DNA of 64,000 nucleotides from contig PLNT01000036.1 in NCBI GenBank assembly GCA_003141895.1, positions 117,195 to 181,194 of the forward strand, given 5' to 3'. This document shows positions 36,955 to 43,941 of the stretch, one piece after another (position 1 is the first letter of the stretch; the number at the start of each line of letters is the position of its first letter). This stretch comes from Bacteroidales bacterium (lineage in GTDB: Bacteria > Bacteroidota > Bacteroidia > Bacteroidales > VadinHA17). Made by a program: the position numbers and the translations under genes. The notes beneath the pieces were generated by a model that saw only the letters and a list, made by a program, of their open reading frames with translations, did no database searches and was not told the DNA's origin.

Positions 36955-38250
36955 ATGGATACAGCTTATGTTAATCTCTGGAATAACCGTGTTGGCGCAG
37001 TTGCATGGAACGCTGAAAGAGGAATAGGCACCTTTCAGTTTGAACCCTCCTTTATAACCGGTAACCTGGATATAGCGCCTTTGAAAATTCCATTGAGAGA
37101 AGTCCGGAATCAGCCTAAAAATTTTCCGGAACTTAGAAATAGTATCGCATTTAAAGGGCTCCCCGGGTTACTGGCTGATGTTCTTCCCGACAAGTACGGG
37201 AATGCACTTATCAATACCTGGCTTGCACGAAACGGACGCCCTTCTGATAGTCTGAATCCTGTTGAAATGCTCTGCTTCATCGGCAAACGAGGTATGGGAG
37301 CCCTGGAATTTGAGCCTGCCATTCCAAAGGGACCAGATACATCCACAATTGTCGAGATTGGAAGCCTGGTACAGATTGCAAATGAAATACTTTCGGGCAG
37401 ACAGGATTTTTCAACAAATCTTTCCGAAAACGAAGAACGGGCGCTGCTTGATACATTGAAAATCGGTACCTCGGCAGGGGGGGCAAGAGCAAAAGCAGTG
37501 ATTGCTTTTAATCCTGTAACCAGGGAGGTCAGAAGCGGACAGGTCACTGCACTGAAGGGATTCACTCACTGGCTGATAAAATTCGATGGTGTTACTGACT
37601 CCCAGTTCGGTGCAACACACGGATATGGTCGTGTTGAAATGGCATACCACCTGATGGCTAAAGCCGCAGAAATTGAAATGACCGAATGCCGGTTGTTTGA
37701 AGAAGACGGAAGAGCCCATTTCATGACACGAAGATTTGACCGCGAACCTGGGAAAGGTAAAATTCATATGCAGAGTTTTTGCGCAATGCAGCATTATGAT
37801 TTCACCGATATAGCCGATTTCAGTTACGAACAACTCTTTGAGACCATGCGGATGCTTGGCCTTCCATATCCTGAAGCGGAACAGTTGTTCAGAAGAATGG
37901 TATTTAACGTAATTGCACGGAACTGCGATGACCATACAAAAAACTTTGCGTTCCTGATGGATAAAACCGGCAACTGGAGGCTCTCACCGGCCTTTGATGT
38001 CTGCCATTCATTCAGACCGAGGAGCACCTGGGTAAGCCAGCAATCACTTAGTGCGAATGGCAAGAGGAAAGATATCACCCGCGATGATTTTTTATCGGTT
38101 GCTAAAAACATGAATATCAAAAAAGCCGGAAATATAATAACACAAATAAATGAGATTGTAAAAAACTGGCAATCTTATGCAGAAGAGACTAAAGTAAAAC
38201 CGGAGCTAAGAGATGCAATAAATAAAACCCTTATAGATTTAAATAGCTAG
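36955..38250 (+). CDS. hipA: HipA-family serine/threonine kinase toxin
   Basis: 431 aa. The N-terminal coupling domain reads VNLWNNRVGAVAW. The P-loop-like segment is GTSAGGARAKAV. The catalytic loop is NCDDHTKNFAF and it is followed by LSPAFDV. Confidence 0.85.
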   Translation: MDTAYVNLWNNRVGAVAWNAERGIGTFQFEPSFITGNLDIAPLKIPLREVRNQPKNFPELRNSIAFKGLPGLLADVLPDKYGNALINTWLARNGRPSDSLNPVEMLCFIGKRGMGALEFEPAIPKGPDTSTIVEIGSLVQIANEILSGRQDFSTNLSENEERALLDTLKIGTSAGGARAKAVIAFNPVTREVRSGQVTALKGFTHWLIKFDGVTDSQFGATHGYGRVEMAYHLMAKAAEIEMTECRLFEEDGRAHFMTRRFDREPGKGKIHMQSFCAMQHYDFTDIADFSYEQLFETMRMLGLPYPEAEQLFRRMVFNVIARNCDDHTKNFAFLMDKTGNWRLSPAFDVCHSFRPRSTWVSQQSLSANGKRKDITRDDFLSVAKNMNIKKAGNIITQINEIVKNWQSYAEETKVKPELRDAINKTLIDLNS

Positions 38251-38409
38251 GTAGTTGCACACTGTTCCGGAAGTGCAGTGGTAAATCCCGAAGGCCCGGC
38301 TTAAGTGAGTTACGTACAACTCTAAAAGATTGCTTCGTCTCCGCCAGTTGGCGGATCCTCGCAATGACATCGATACAGTACAATTCTGTGAAAACCAATT
38401 CCCTGGTGA

Positions 38410-38445
38410 ACCATTGCGCCATTGCGCCGTTCTGCCGTTACGTCA
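38410..38445 (+). repeat. octamer tandem array, family B
   Basis: ACCATTGC GCCATTGC GCCGTTCT GCCGTTAC GTCAC. Confidence 0.9.
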
Positions 38446-38519
38446 CTAAAGCAAGGGAACAAGGCACAACGTATGTGAAGATTGGTTTTGTCCCCTGTTC
38501 CCTATGCCTCTTAGTCCCG

Positions 38520-38786
38520 TTATACCATTACCGGGACAGAAACAATTATAGGATCTTTAACCGTGTGCCTGTCTTTATCCTTCTGAATTTTGGGATCAGT
38601 CATGATTGAATTAAGTTTATCCATATCTGTTACCTCGAGGACCATTACAACAGATTTTGGATCATCAGCATCCTGAAACGTTTTAAAACTTTTTACTGCC
38701 GGAGCAAATAACCGGGTTCTGTCTTCATGACCTTTCAGCCATGCTTTGATGTCACCTACTTTGTGACGGACTACTTCTGTTGGCAT
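38520..38786 (-). CDS. small hypothetical protein (88 aa), possibly ferredoxin-like/ABM fold
   Basis: It is a clean ORF with protein-like composition (VGDIKAWLKGHEDRTRLFAPAVKSFKTFQDADDPKSVVMVLEVTDMDKLNSIM). I recognise no family. Confidence 0.4.
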   Translation of the reverse strand: MPTEVVRHKVGDIKAWLKGHEDRTRLFAPAVKSFKTFQDADDPKSVVMVLEVTDMDKLNSIMTDPKIQKDKDRHTVKDPIIVSVPVMV

Positions 38787-38927
38787 AATTAAATATTTTT
38801 AGTTAATAATATAAACTGAAGAAGCTGAGTCAATCTTCTGATAATAAGGTTTAATATAACACAGGATTATTGGATAAGTTCAATTTCACTTTCAGGCGGT
38901 TTGAGGCAATTAAATCTGCGTAAATCT

Positions 38928-38970
38928 GCGACCCCCTGCCGCTTCGCGGCTGTCTCCCCAAAGGGGGACT
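38928..38970 (+). repeat. palindromic module, short form of 36256-36327
   Basis: GCGACCCCCTGCCGCTTCGCGGCTGTCTCCCCAAAGGGGGACT. Confidence 0.75.
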
Positions 38971-39029
38971 AATTCAGTATCTTTTCAGAGTTTTTTGGAC
39001 TGGCATGGGGTAAGGGTCATGCTCAAACT

Positions 39030-39085
39030 AATTTCCCTCCTTGGAGAGCCTGCCCCGCTTCGGCGGGAGGTAAGGGGTGGGTTTT
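39030..39085 (+). repeat. hairpin module AATTCCCTCC..GGAGA.CCTGCCCCGCTTC.GC.GG.GGT.AGGGGTGGGTTTT (copy 1)
   Basis: It is about 85 percent identical to 49337-49394 in the same orientation. Confidence 0.8.
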
Positions 39086-39141
39086 GATAAAAGGCTCAAC
39101 CTTAGTTTTAACCTGCCATGCGCTCTGTTCTATTAAAACAT

Positions 39142-39234
39142 CCTTAACCTTAACCTTAGCCTCAACCTGCTCTGTGCCCTGAGCCCTGTGCTCTGTGCCT
39201 GAGCTTAATGACTGCAGGACCGCAGGGCTGCAAG
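39142..39234. repeat. composite arrays: TTAACC-like hexamers (39142-39167), CTGTGCC/CTGAGCC heptamers (39168-39204), family A reversed (39210-39234)
   Basis: ccttaacc ttaacc ttagcc tcaacc / tgctctg tgccctg agccctg tgctctg tgcctg agc / gactgcag gaccgcag ggctgcaag. Confidence 0.85.
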
Positions 39235-39284
39235 TTGAGGAACGAAGTGACGAAATCCCGAGAGCGAAGCGACTCGGGAACTGC
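39231..39284 (-). repeat. mosaic palindromic element, short form of 18351-18478
   Basis: The reverse complement reads GCAGTTCCCGAGTCGCTTCGCTCTCGGGATTTCGTCACTTCGTTCCTCAACTTG. It has the same ends as the long copy but lacks two internal hairpin modules. Confidence 0.8.
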
Positions 39285-39295
39285 ACTACTATTCT

Positions 39296-39336
39296 TGCCG
39301 TTACGCCTTTGAGCCCTTACGCAGTTATGCCTTTCA
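39296..39336 (+). repeat. octamer tandem array, family B
   Basis: TGCCGTTAC GCCTTTGA GCCCTTAC GCAGTTAT GCCTTTCA. Confidence 0.9.
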
Positions 39337-39478
39337 TAATATCACTTAAAAGCGTGATAAATCAAATTATCACGTTATTTGGGTCAACTTATTGAATGTC
39401 CATAAAATTTCCTAATTTTATATAGTACGTTATATCTTAATCAGCGACGCACCTCATACCGCGTACAGCAAACTATTT

Positions 39479-41356
39479 ATGCTAATCTACCAGGCTCCTT
39501 CCGGGAAATTTATTGATGATGTCAGGGAAAACACGATTTCAGATATCATGTCGGGAAATTACAAAGCCCGGCTTGGTAAAGAACCCGGGATCCCTGAGTT
39601 TGTATCGTGGCAGAACAGTCTTTCGAGAGTAAGGGATCTTCTTGAACTTGGCAGCATTCACGATACTTTTGTTGCTCTTGAATATGAAGTGCCTTATAAT
39701 CAGAGTCGTCTTGATTGCCTGCTGTTTGGCAAAGGAAAAAATGATATCTCAAATGTCGTGCTGATAGAATTGAAGCAATGGTCGAGTGTTAAGGCACTGG
39801 CTGAAGAAGGAAACTTTGTAGAGACATATACAGGAGGCAGGGAAAGGATTGTCCCCCACCCTTCCCAGCAAGTTAAGGGCTACCATTATTATATGAAGGG
39901 ATTCGTGGAGGAGTTTGAGAAAGAGCCAACCCTTTCACTTTTCAGCTGTGCCTACTGTCATAATTATTCCAGGACAGATGGAAAAGGATTACATGATCCT
40001 GTTTATAAAGAATTAATTGGCGAATTCCCTCTTTTTACAAAAGAAGACACAAAATTACTTGGTCTCAGGATCAGAGAACTGCTTGAAAATGGATCTGGGC
40101 TTGAAATCTTCAACCGTTTCATGCAGAGCCGTCTGCACCCTTCAAAGAAGCTGCTGGAAAATGTGCATAAGATAATAAAAAACGATGTTGTCTTCTCCCT
40201 GCTTAATGAGCAGCTTGTTGCAAAAAATCTTATCTGGGCAAGGTACCGGATGGCAGATAAGAAGAAAGAAAAGTCTGTTATTTTAGTACATGGCGGACCA
40301 GGGACAGGCAAGTCGGTTATTGCATTGAATATACTTGCCGAGGCAGCAATGCGGAAGAAGAATGTTCTTTACGGCTGCAAATCGAAACCATTCATTGAGG
40401 GGTTGAGAAAAATGGTCGGCCCGGATGTCAGAATTATATTCTCCAATCTTTATCGTTTCGTACCAAATAAAACAAAGGAAAACGAGTTTGACATACTTCT
40501 GATTGATGAGGCTCACAGGATTGAAAAGAATAGCAATCACCAGTATACAAAACCGCAGGATCGTAGCGATATGCCACAGATGGAGCAGCTGGTGCGGTGT
40601 TCAAAAACGACTGTATTTTTTATCGACGACAGGCAGAATGTGAGGTCGTCGGAGGTAGGAAGTTCACAGCTTATAAGGGATGCAGCGGCGAAGTATGGTG
40701 CAGGTATCCACGAAGTAACACTCGAAACCCAGTACAGGTGTATGGGGTCGAATGATTACCTGTTGTGGATTGAATCGGTTCTGGGGTATTCAGAAGAAGG
40801 AAGGATTTTCAGGAAAGATGATCAGTTTGACTTCAGGATCTTCTCATCGCCGCAGGAGATTATAAATATCCTGAATGAAAAGGAGAAAGAGAAACCAAAC
40901 TCGGCCCGAATGACAGCAGGATTCTGCTGGCCATGGAGTTCTAAAACAGATTTTAACGAGGAGCTTGTTAAGGATGTTAAGATAGGCGATTTTGCCATGC
41001 CATGGGAGACACATGATAAGATAACTTCAATACCAAAAGGTTATGTGAAGTGGTATGAGTGGGCATACAAGCCTGAAGGAATTAAGCAGGTGGGTTGTAT
41101 CTATACAGCCCAGGGATTTGAATTCGATTATGTCGGTGTAATTATAGGGAATGACCTCTGTGTCGACAAATCCACAGGAAAGATAGTTGCCGATATCTCG
41201 GCCACAAAAGACCCTATGCTGAGAAGAAGTCCTGAGAATTTTGAAAAGCATGTGAAAAATATTTACAGAACACTTATGACCCGTGGTATGAAGGGGTGTT
41301 ATGTGTATTTCACGGATAAGGAGACGGAAAAGTATTTCAGGGAGAGGATGGAATGA
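39479..41356 (+). CDS. DUF2075-type protein: N-terminal PD-(D/E)xK nuclease-like domain plus P-loop helicase-like NTPase (Nhi/Schlafen-helicase-like)
   Basis: 625 aa. The nuclease-like motifs are E68 (ALEYEV), D79 (RLDCLLFG) and E97-x-K99 (VLIELKQW). Walker A is GGPGTGKS (272-279) and Walker B/DEAH is LLIDEAHR (340-347). The C-terminus reads TQYRC ... CIYTAQGFEFDYVGVIIG ... RTLMTRGMKGCYVYF. Confidence 0.8.
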   Translation: MLIYQAPSGKFIDDVRENTISDIMSGNYKARLGKEPGIPEFVSWQNSLSRVRDLLELGSIHDTFVALEYEVPYNQSRLDCLLFGKGKNDISNVVLIELKQWSSVKALAEEGNFVETYTGGRERIVPHPSQQVKGYHYYMKGFVEEFEKEPTLSLFSCAYCHNYSRTDGKGLHDPVYKELIGEFPLFTKEDTKLLGLRIRELLENGSGLEIFNRFMQSRLHPSKKLLENVHKIIKNDVVFSLLNEQLVAKNLIWARYRMADKKKEKSVILVHGGPGTGKSVIALNILAEAAMRKKNVLYGCKSKPFIEGLRKMVGPDVRIIFSNLYRFVPNKTKENEFDILLIDEAHRIEKNSNHQYTKPQDRSDMPQMEQLVRCSKTTVFFIDDRQNVRSSEVGSSQLIRDAAAKYGAGIHEVTLETQYRCMGSNDYLLWIESVLGYSEEGRIFRKDDQFDFRIFSSPQEIINILNEKEKEKPNSARMTAGFCWPWSSKTDFNEELVKDVKIGDFAMPWETHDKITSIPKGYVKWYEWAYKPEGIKQVGCIYTAQGFEFDYVGVIIGNDLCVDKSTGKIVADISATKDPMLRRSPENFEKHVKNIYRTLMTRGMKGCYVYFTDKETEKYFRERME

Positions 41357-41418
41357 ATGCGAGACTATAATTAATAGTGATATTAAAAACACCCTGGAAA
41401 TTTGCTAATATCAGATAT

Positions 41419-41440
41419 GTGTGGTAATTTTGTACCACAC
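41419..41440. promoter_or_regulatory. perfect palindrome upstream of the XRE gene (candidate operator)
   Basis: GTGTGGTA-attttg-TACCACAC. It ends 16 nt before the ATG at 41457. Confidence 0.4.
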
Positions 41441-41456
41441 TAACCTGAAATGAACA

Positions 41457-41831
41457 ATGAAATCATCATTTGCAAATTTTATTCGCGAAAAAAGAATAGC
41501 CAAAGGCTTGACTCTGCGGGAATTTTGCAGGCTCTGCGGATTTGACTCAAGCAACTGGAGCAAAGTTGAGAGAAGTCTCGCATCTCCTCCTCAAAGCAAA
41601 AATGTACTCGACTCAATTGCTTCTGCTCTTAAAATTGAAGCAGGCAGTCAGCTGTATAAAGAAATGTTTGATCTGGCGGCTCTTTCAACAATTCCTGAAG
41701 AATTGATAGAATCTGAAATTCTGGAACAACTACCTGTTTTCTTCAGAACAGTAAGGGGAGAAAAACCTACTGAAGAAGAGTTGAAAACGTTGATAAATAA
41801 AATAAGGTCATCATGGACCCCGGAAAAATAG
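41457..41831 (+). CDS. XRE-family HTH transcriptional regulator
   Basis: 124 aa. The HTH is LTLREFCRLCGFDSSNWSKVERS. It overlaps the next gene by 19 nt. Confidence 0.75.
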   Translation: MKSSFANFIREKRIAKGLTLREFCRLCGFDSSNWSKVERSLASPPQSKNVLDSIASALKIEAGSQLYKEMFDLAALSTIPEELIESEILEQLPVFFRTVRGEKPTEEELKTLINKIRSSWTPEK

Positions 41832-42448
41832 TCTCTATAAAAATGACCCTGGATAAAATCAGGGAAGAGGCAGAATCTTTCAGGGCAACCCACATCTTTT
41901 CCTCGAATTTGCCGGTAGATATCGAAAATGTGGTCGAAGCTACTCTTGGTATGAGGATAATTCCAATAGAGAATCTCCAGAAATTATGTGATATGGAAGG
42001 CTTTATTTCAAATGACTTTACCTCAATCTATGTTGATAAATTTCTTTATCAGGATGACCGATACTATAAGCGGGTCAGATTCACAATAGCTCATGAAATT
42101 GGTCATTATGTACTGCATCGCAGTACAATTGACAGTCAGAAGTTCGATGATGGAAATGATTGGATTAAATTCAGAATTGGCCTAAAAGATGACACTCTGG
42201 GCTGGTTTGAAACACAGGCTTCTGAATTTGCCGGCAGACTATTGGTTCCATTGGATTCTCTGGTAGAAGAATTCAGATCAAAACGGCAAATAGTTATTAA
42301 AAAGTTTTCCTCATGGGATTCACCTAAAATCAATGATGACGATTTGTTTTCAATTATTGCTCCTTTGATCTGCAGCAGATTTGATGTTTCCGCGGAAGTT
42401 ATTGAAAGAAGACTTAGAAAAGAGAATATTATGAATTTGATTGGATAA
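41813..42448 (+). CDS. ImmA/IrrE-family zinc metallopeptidase
   Basis: It has an HEXXH motif in FTIAHEIGHYVLH and a downstream EFAGRLLVP block. It is paired with an XRE regulator in the classical ImmR/ImmA layout. An alternative start lies at 41843. Confidence 0.8.
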   Translation: MDPGKIVSIKMTLDKIREEAESFRATHIFSSNLPVDIENVVEATLGMRIIPIENLQKLCDMEGFISNDFTSIYVDKFLYQDDRYYKRVRFTIAHEIGHYVLHRSTIDSQKFDDGNDWIKFRIGLKDDTLGWFETQASEFAGRLLVPLDSLVEEFRSKRQIVIKKFSSWDSPKINDDDLFSIIAPLICSRFDVSAEVIERRLRKENIMNLIG

Positions 42449-42489
42449 TAAGGGATCGGATGCATACCTATATGCTCGAAAAAATCCTG

Positions 42490-42657
42490 GATATGGCTGC
42501 AACTAAAGACCCGACTTTATGAAAAGACCCATAAAATTTTGAGACCTATATGAAAAATGTTTACAGGGCTCTTCTTACAAGGGGAATGAAGGGGTGTTAT
42601 GTGTATTTTACTGATAAAGAGACGGAGGAGTATTTCAGATCTAAAATGGAGATTTGA
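42490..42657 (+). pseudogene. decayed duplicate of the DUF2075 gene 3' end
   Basis: It translates as DMAATKDPTL*KDP*NFETYMKNVYRALLTRGMKGCYVYFTDKETEEYFRSKMEI. The intact gene end (41192-41356) reads DISATKDPMLRRSPENFEKHVKNIYRTLMTRGMKGCYVYFTDKETEKYFRERME. The remnant has two in-frame nonsense codons. Confidence 0.8.
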
Positions 42658-42810
42658 TCATTGTAACAACTTTTTGAATAATAATAAATTTGTCAAAGTT
42701 GTTTTTTGTGATTAACAACCTTTTTAAGTTATAATTTGCTTATTATCAATAACCTGCTGCCTTTTGTTAATGGTTGTACGGAATCAAAACTGGATATTCA
42801 CGTAAGTAAG

Positions 42811-43130
42811 GATTTGTCATGTCACAATAAAGTCGTCTAAGTGGCGATGCAAAAACCATGACAACTACGCTTAGGCAGGCAGCCCTATTGACTTTGTCAC
42901 GTTAGAAGGATCTGTCCGGGTGAAATAAGATATAATAAGTTGGTTTATGTTTTCTCGCATAGAGTTTGGGGGCCTATTAAGAAGTTGTCCGGGCTGCCGA
43001 CCGTTTCCCGCGAAGCCGATGTCATGATATAACGAATTTCTCTCGGGTAAGAAAGCGAAGCGGGAAGCCAACCGAGGAGACCGCGTCAGCGGGCGACGAG
43101 CTCATCGAATCCATTGCGCAGCAATGGTGA
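42811..43130. other. GC-rich non-coding block with multiple long-range complementarities (candidate structured RNA, class unknown)
   Basis: There is no credible ORF. The pairings I could verify are 42814-42821/42857-42864 (8 bp), 42878-42885/42991-42998 (GGCAGCCC/GGGCTGCC) and 43005-43011/43060-43066 (TTCCCGC/GCGGGAA). Two more are 43081-43084/43089-43092 and 43111-43117/43121-43127 (CCATTGC-gca-GCAATGG). Several GNRA-like loops (GTGA, GTAA, GCGA/CGAA) are present. Confidence 0.3.
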
Positions 43131-43168
43131 GATAATTAATTATACCGTCCGTGTTTGCTGGAGTGATT

Positions 43169-43786
43169 TTAAACTTTAGAATAATCAGAGTTAATTTGTC
43201 TTGGAGCAAAATATCCTTTTATACAGTTTTTGTTTCGAATACAAATCTGAATATGGTTTTTCTCTTTGAATCCAGCATTTGGATAGATATCATCTCCTTC
43301 CCAAAATACACCTCTTACAGAATCAAATGATCTTAATTCAGAATTAGGAGATCTCAGTGAATGTAATGTTTCAATAACTGCACAATCTAAGTCTCTAAGA
43401 AGGAGATCTCTATTCTCTCCAATAGGTTTGTTTGCTAATTTGATTCCCGACTTTGAAATTGCTGTCATTAAAAGGTCATATCCATCTTTTAATAATTGTA
43501 GGTTTGCGTAATCAGTAAAATCAAGACAATAACCAAGGTCAATTACTGCCCCAATAACTGCAGGTGTTTTAATAGGATTTTTTGCTTTTTGTGGATGATC
43601 CCTGAGAAATCTTGCAAATTCAAGAGCTCTTGATGGGCTATTCTCCCAAAAATAAATACCATGACCTAACCAATCATAAGTATTGTCACTTTGTTTTAGA
43701 TCTTCTTTCCCTAAAAGAATATTATCAACAATGGATTCATCACAACCATGAAATCCAAGGATTAATCCTGTTTTGGTTGTATACAT
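43169..43786 (-). CDS. hypothetical protein with a PARP/ART-like H-Y signature (DUF3990-like by recollection), candidate toxin/effector
   Basis: 205 aa. The motif LILGFHGCD (H13) is followed by DWLGHGIYFWENSPSRALEFA (Y45), then PAVIGAVIDLGYCLDF. The gene is clearly more AT-rich than its neighbours. Confidence 0.45.
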   Translation of the reverse strand: MYTTKTGLILGFHGCDESIVDNILLGKEDLKQSDNTYDWLGHGIYFWENSPSRALEFARFLRDHPQKAKNPIKTPAVIGAVIDLGYCLDFTDYANLQLLKDGYDLLMTAISKSGIKLANKPIGENRDLLLRDLDCAVIETLHSLRSPNSELRSFDSVRGVFWEGDDIYPNAGFKEKNHIQICIRNKNCIKGYFAPRQINSDYSKV

Positions 43787-43941
43787 AGATTGGAATAAGA
43801 CTTGGTCAAATTACCTCTGGAAGTAATTATACCACTAGAAATAAGAAGTGCTCTGGCACTAGACTTAGATTTTGAGACAGTCTTAGTTTTAGCTTTTATA
43901 ACCTTTTTAAAATCTCTTACTTCCCTTGTTGTCATAGCCAT
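43762..43941 (-). CDS. 59-codon ORF overlapping the start of the ART-like gene by 25 nt (candidate antitoxin/partner), below the 60-aa cutoff of the track
   Basis: My translation is MAMTTREVRDFKKVIKAKTKTVSKSKSSARALLISSGIITSRGNLTKSYSNLCIQPKQD. The overlap with the downstream gene is in TA-like arrangement. Confidence 0.4.
   Translation of the reverse strand: MAMTTREVRDFKKVIKAKTKTVSKSKSSARALLISSGIITSRGNLTKSYSNLCIQPKQD

Noticed and set aside
37110-37935. These are long antisense or alternative-frame ORFs inside hipA (37110-37565, 37411-37935, 37824-38120). Similar ones lie inside other large genes, for example 7540-7881, 11790-12104, 23156-23548, 24785-25189, 33774-34145, 41027-41392 and 58060-58389.
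   Set aside because: They overlap strongly supported CDS on the other strand or frame. They show no family motifs and have composition typical of antisense frames.
43090-43110. I considered a hammerhead-like CGATGAG motif on the minus strand.
   Set aside because: There is no accompanying CGAAA core strand or three-stem arrangement.
42811-43130. I considered whether the GC-rich block is RNase P RNA or tmRNA. The cues were GTCCGGGCT, which resembles the RNase P P4 strand, and TCGAATCC / GACAACTACGCTTAG, which resemble a T-loop and an ...NYA tag.
   Set aside because: The other universally conserved RNase P elements are absent, including the GGUAACGCC-type loop and the 3' ACAGAAYCCGGCUUA strand. 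There is no tRNA-like acceptor/T-arm pairing and no GGGG...CCACCA ends. The putative tag frame does not end in the usual ...ALAA-stop. I kept it only as an unclassified structured candidate.
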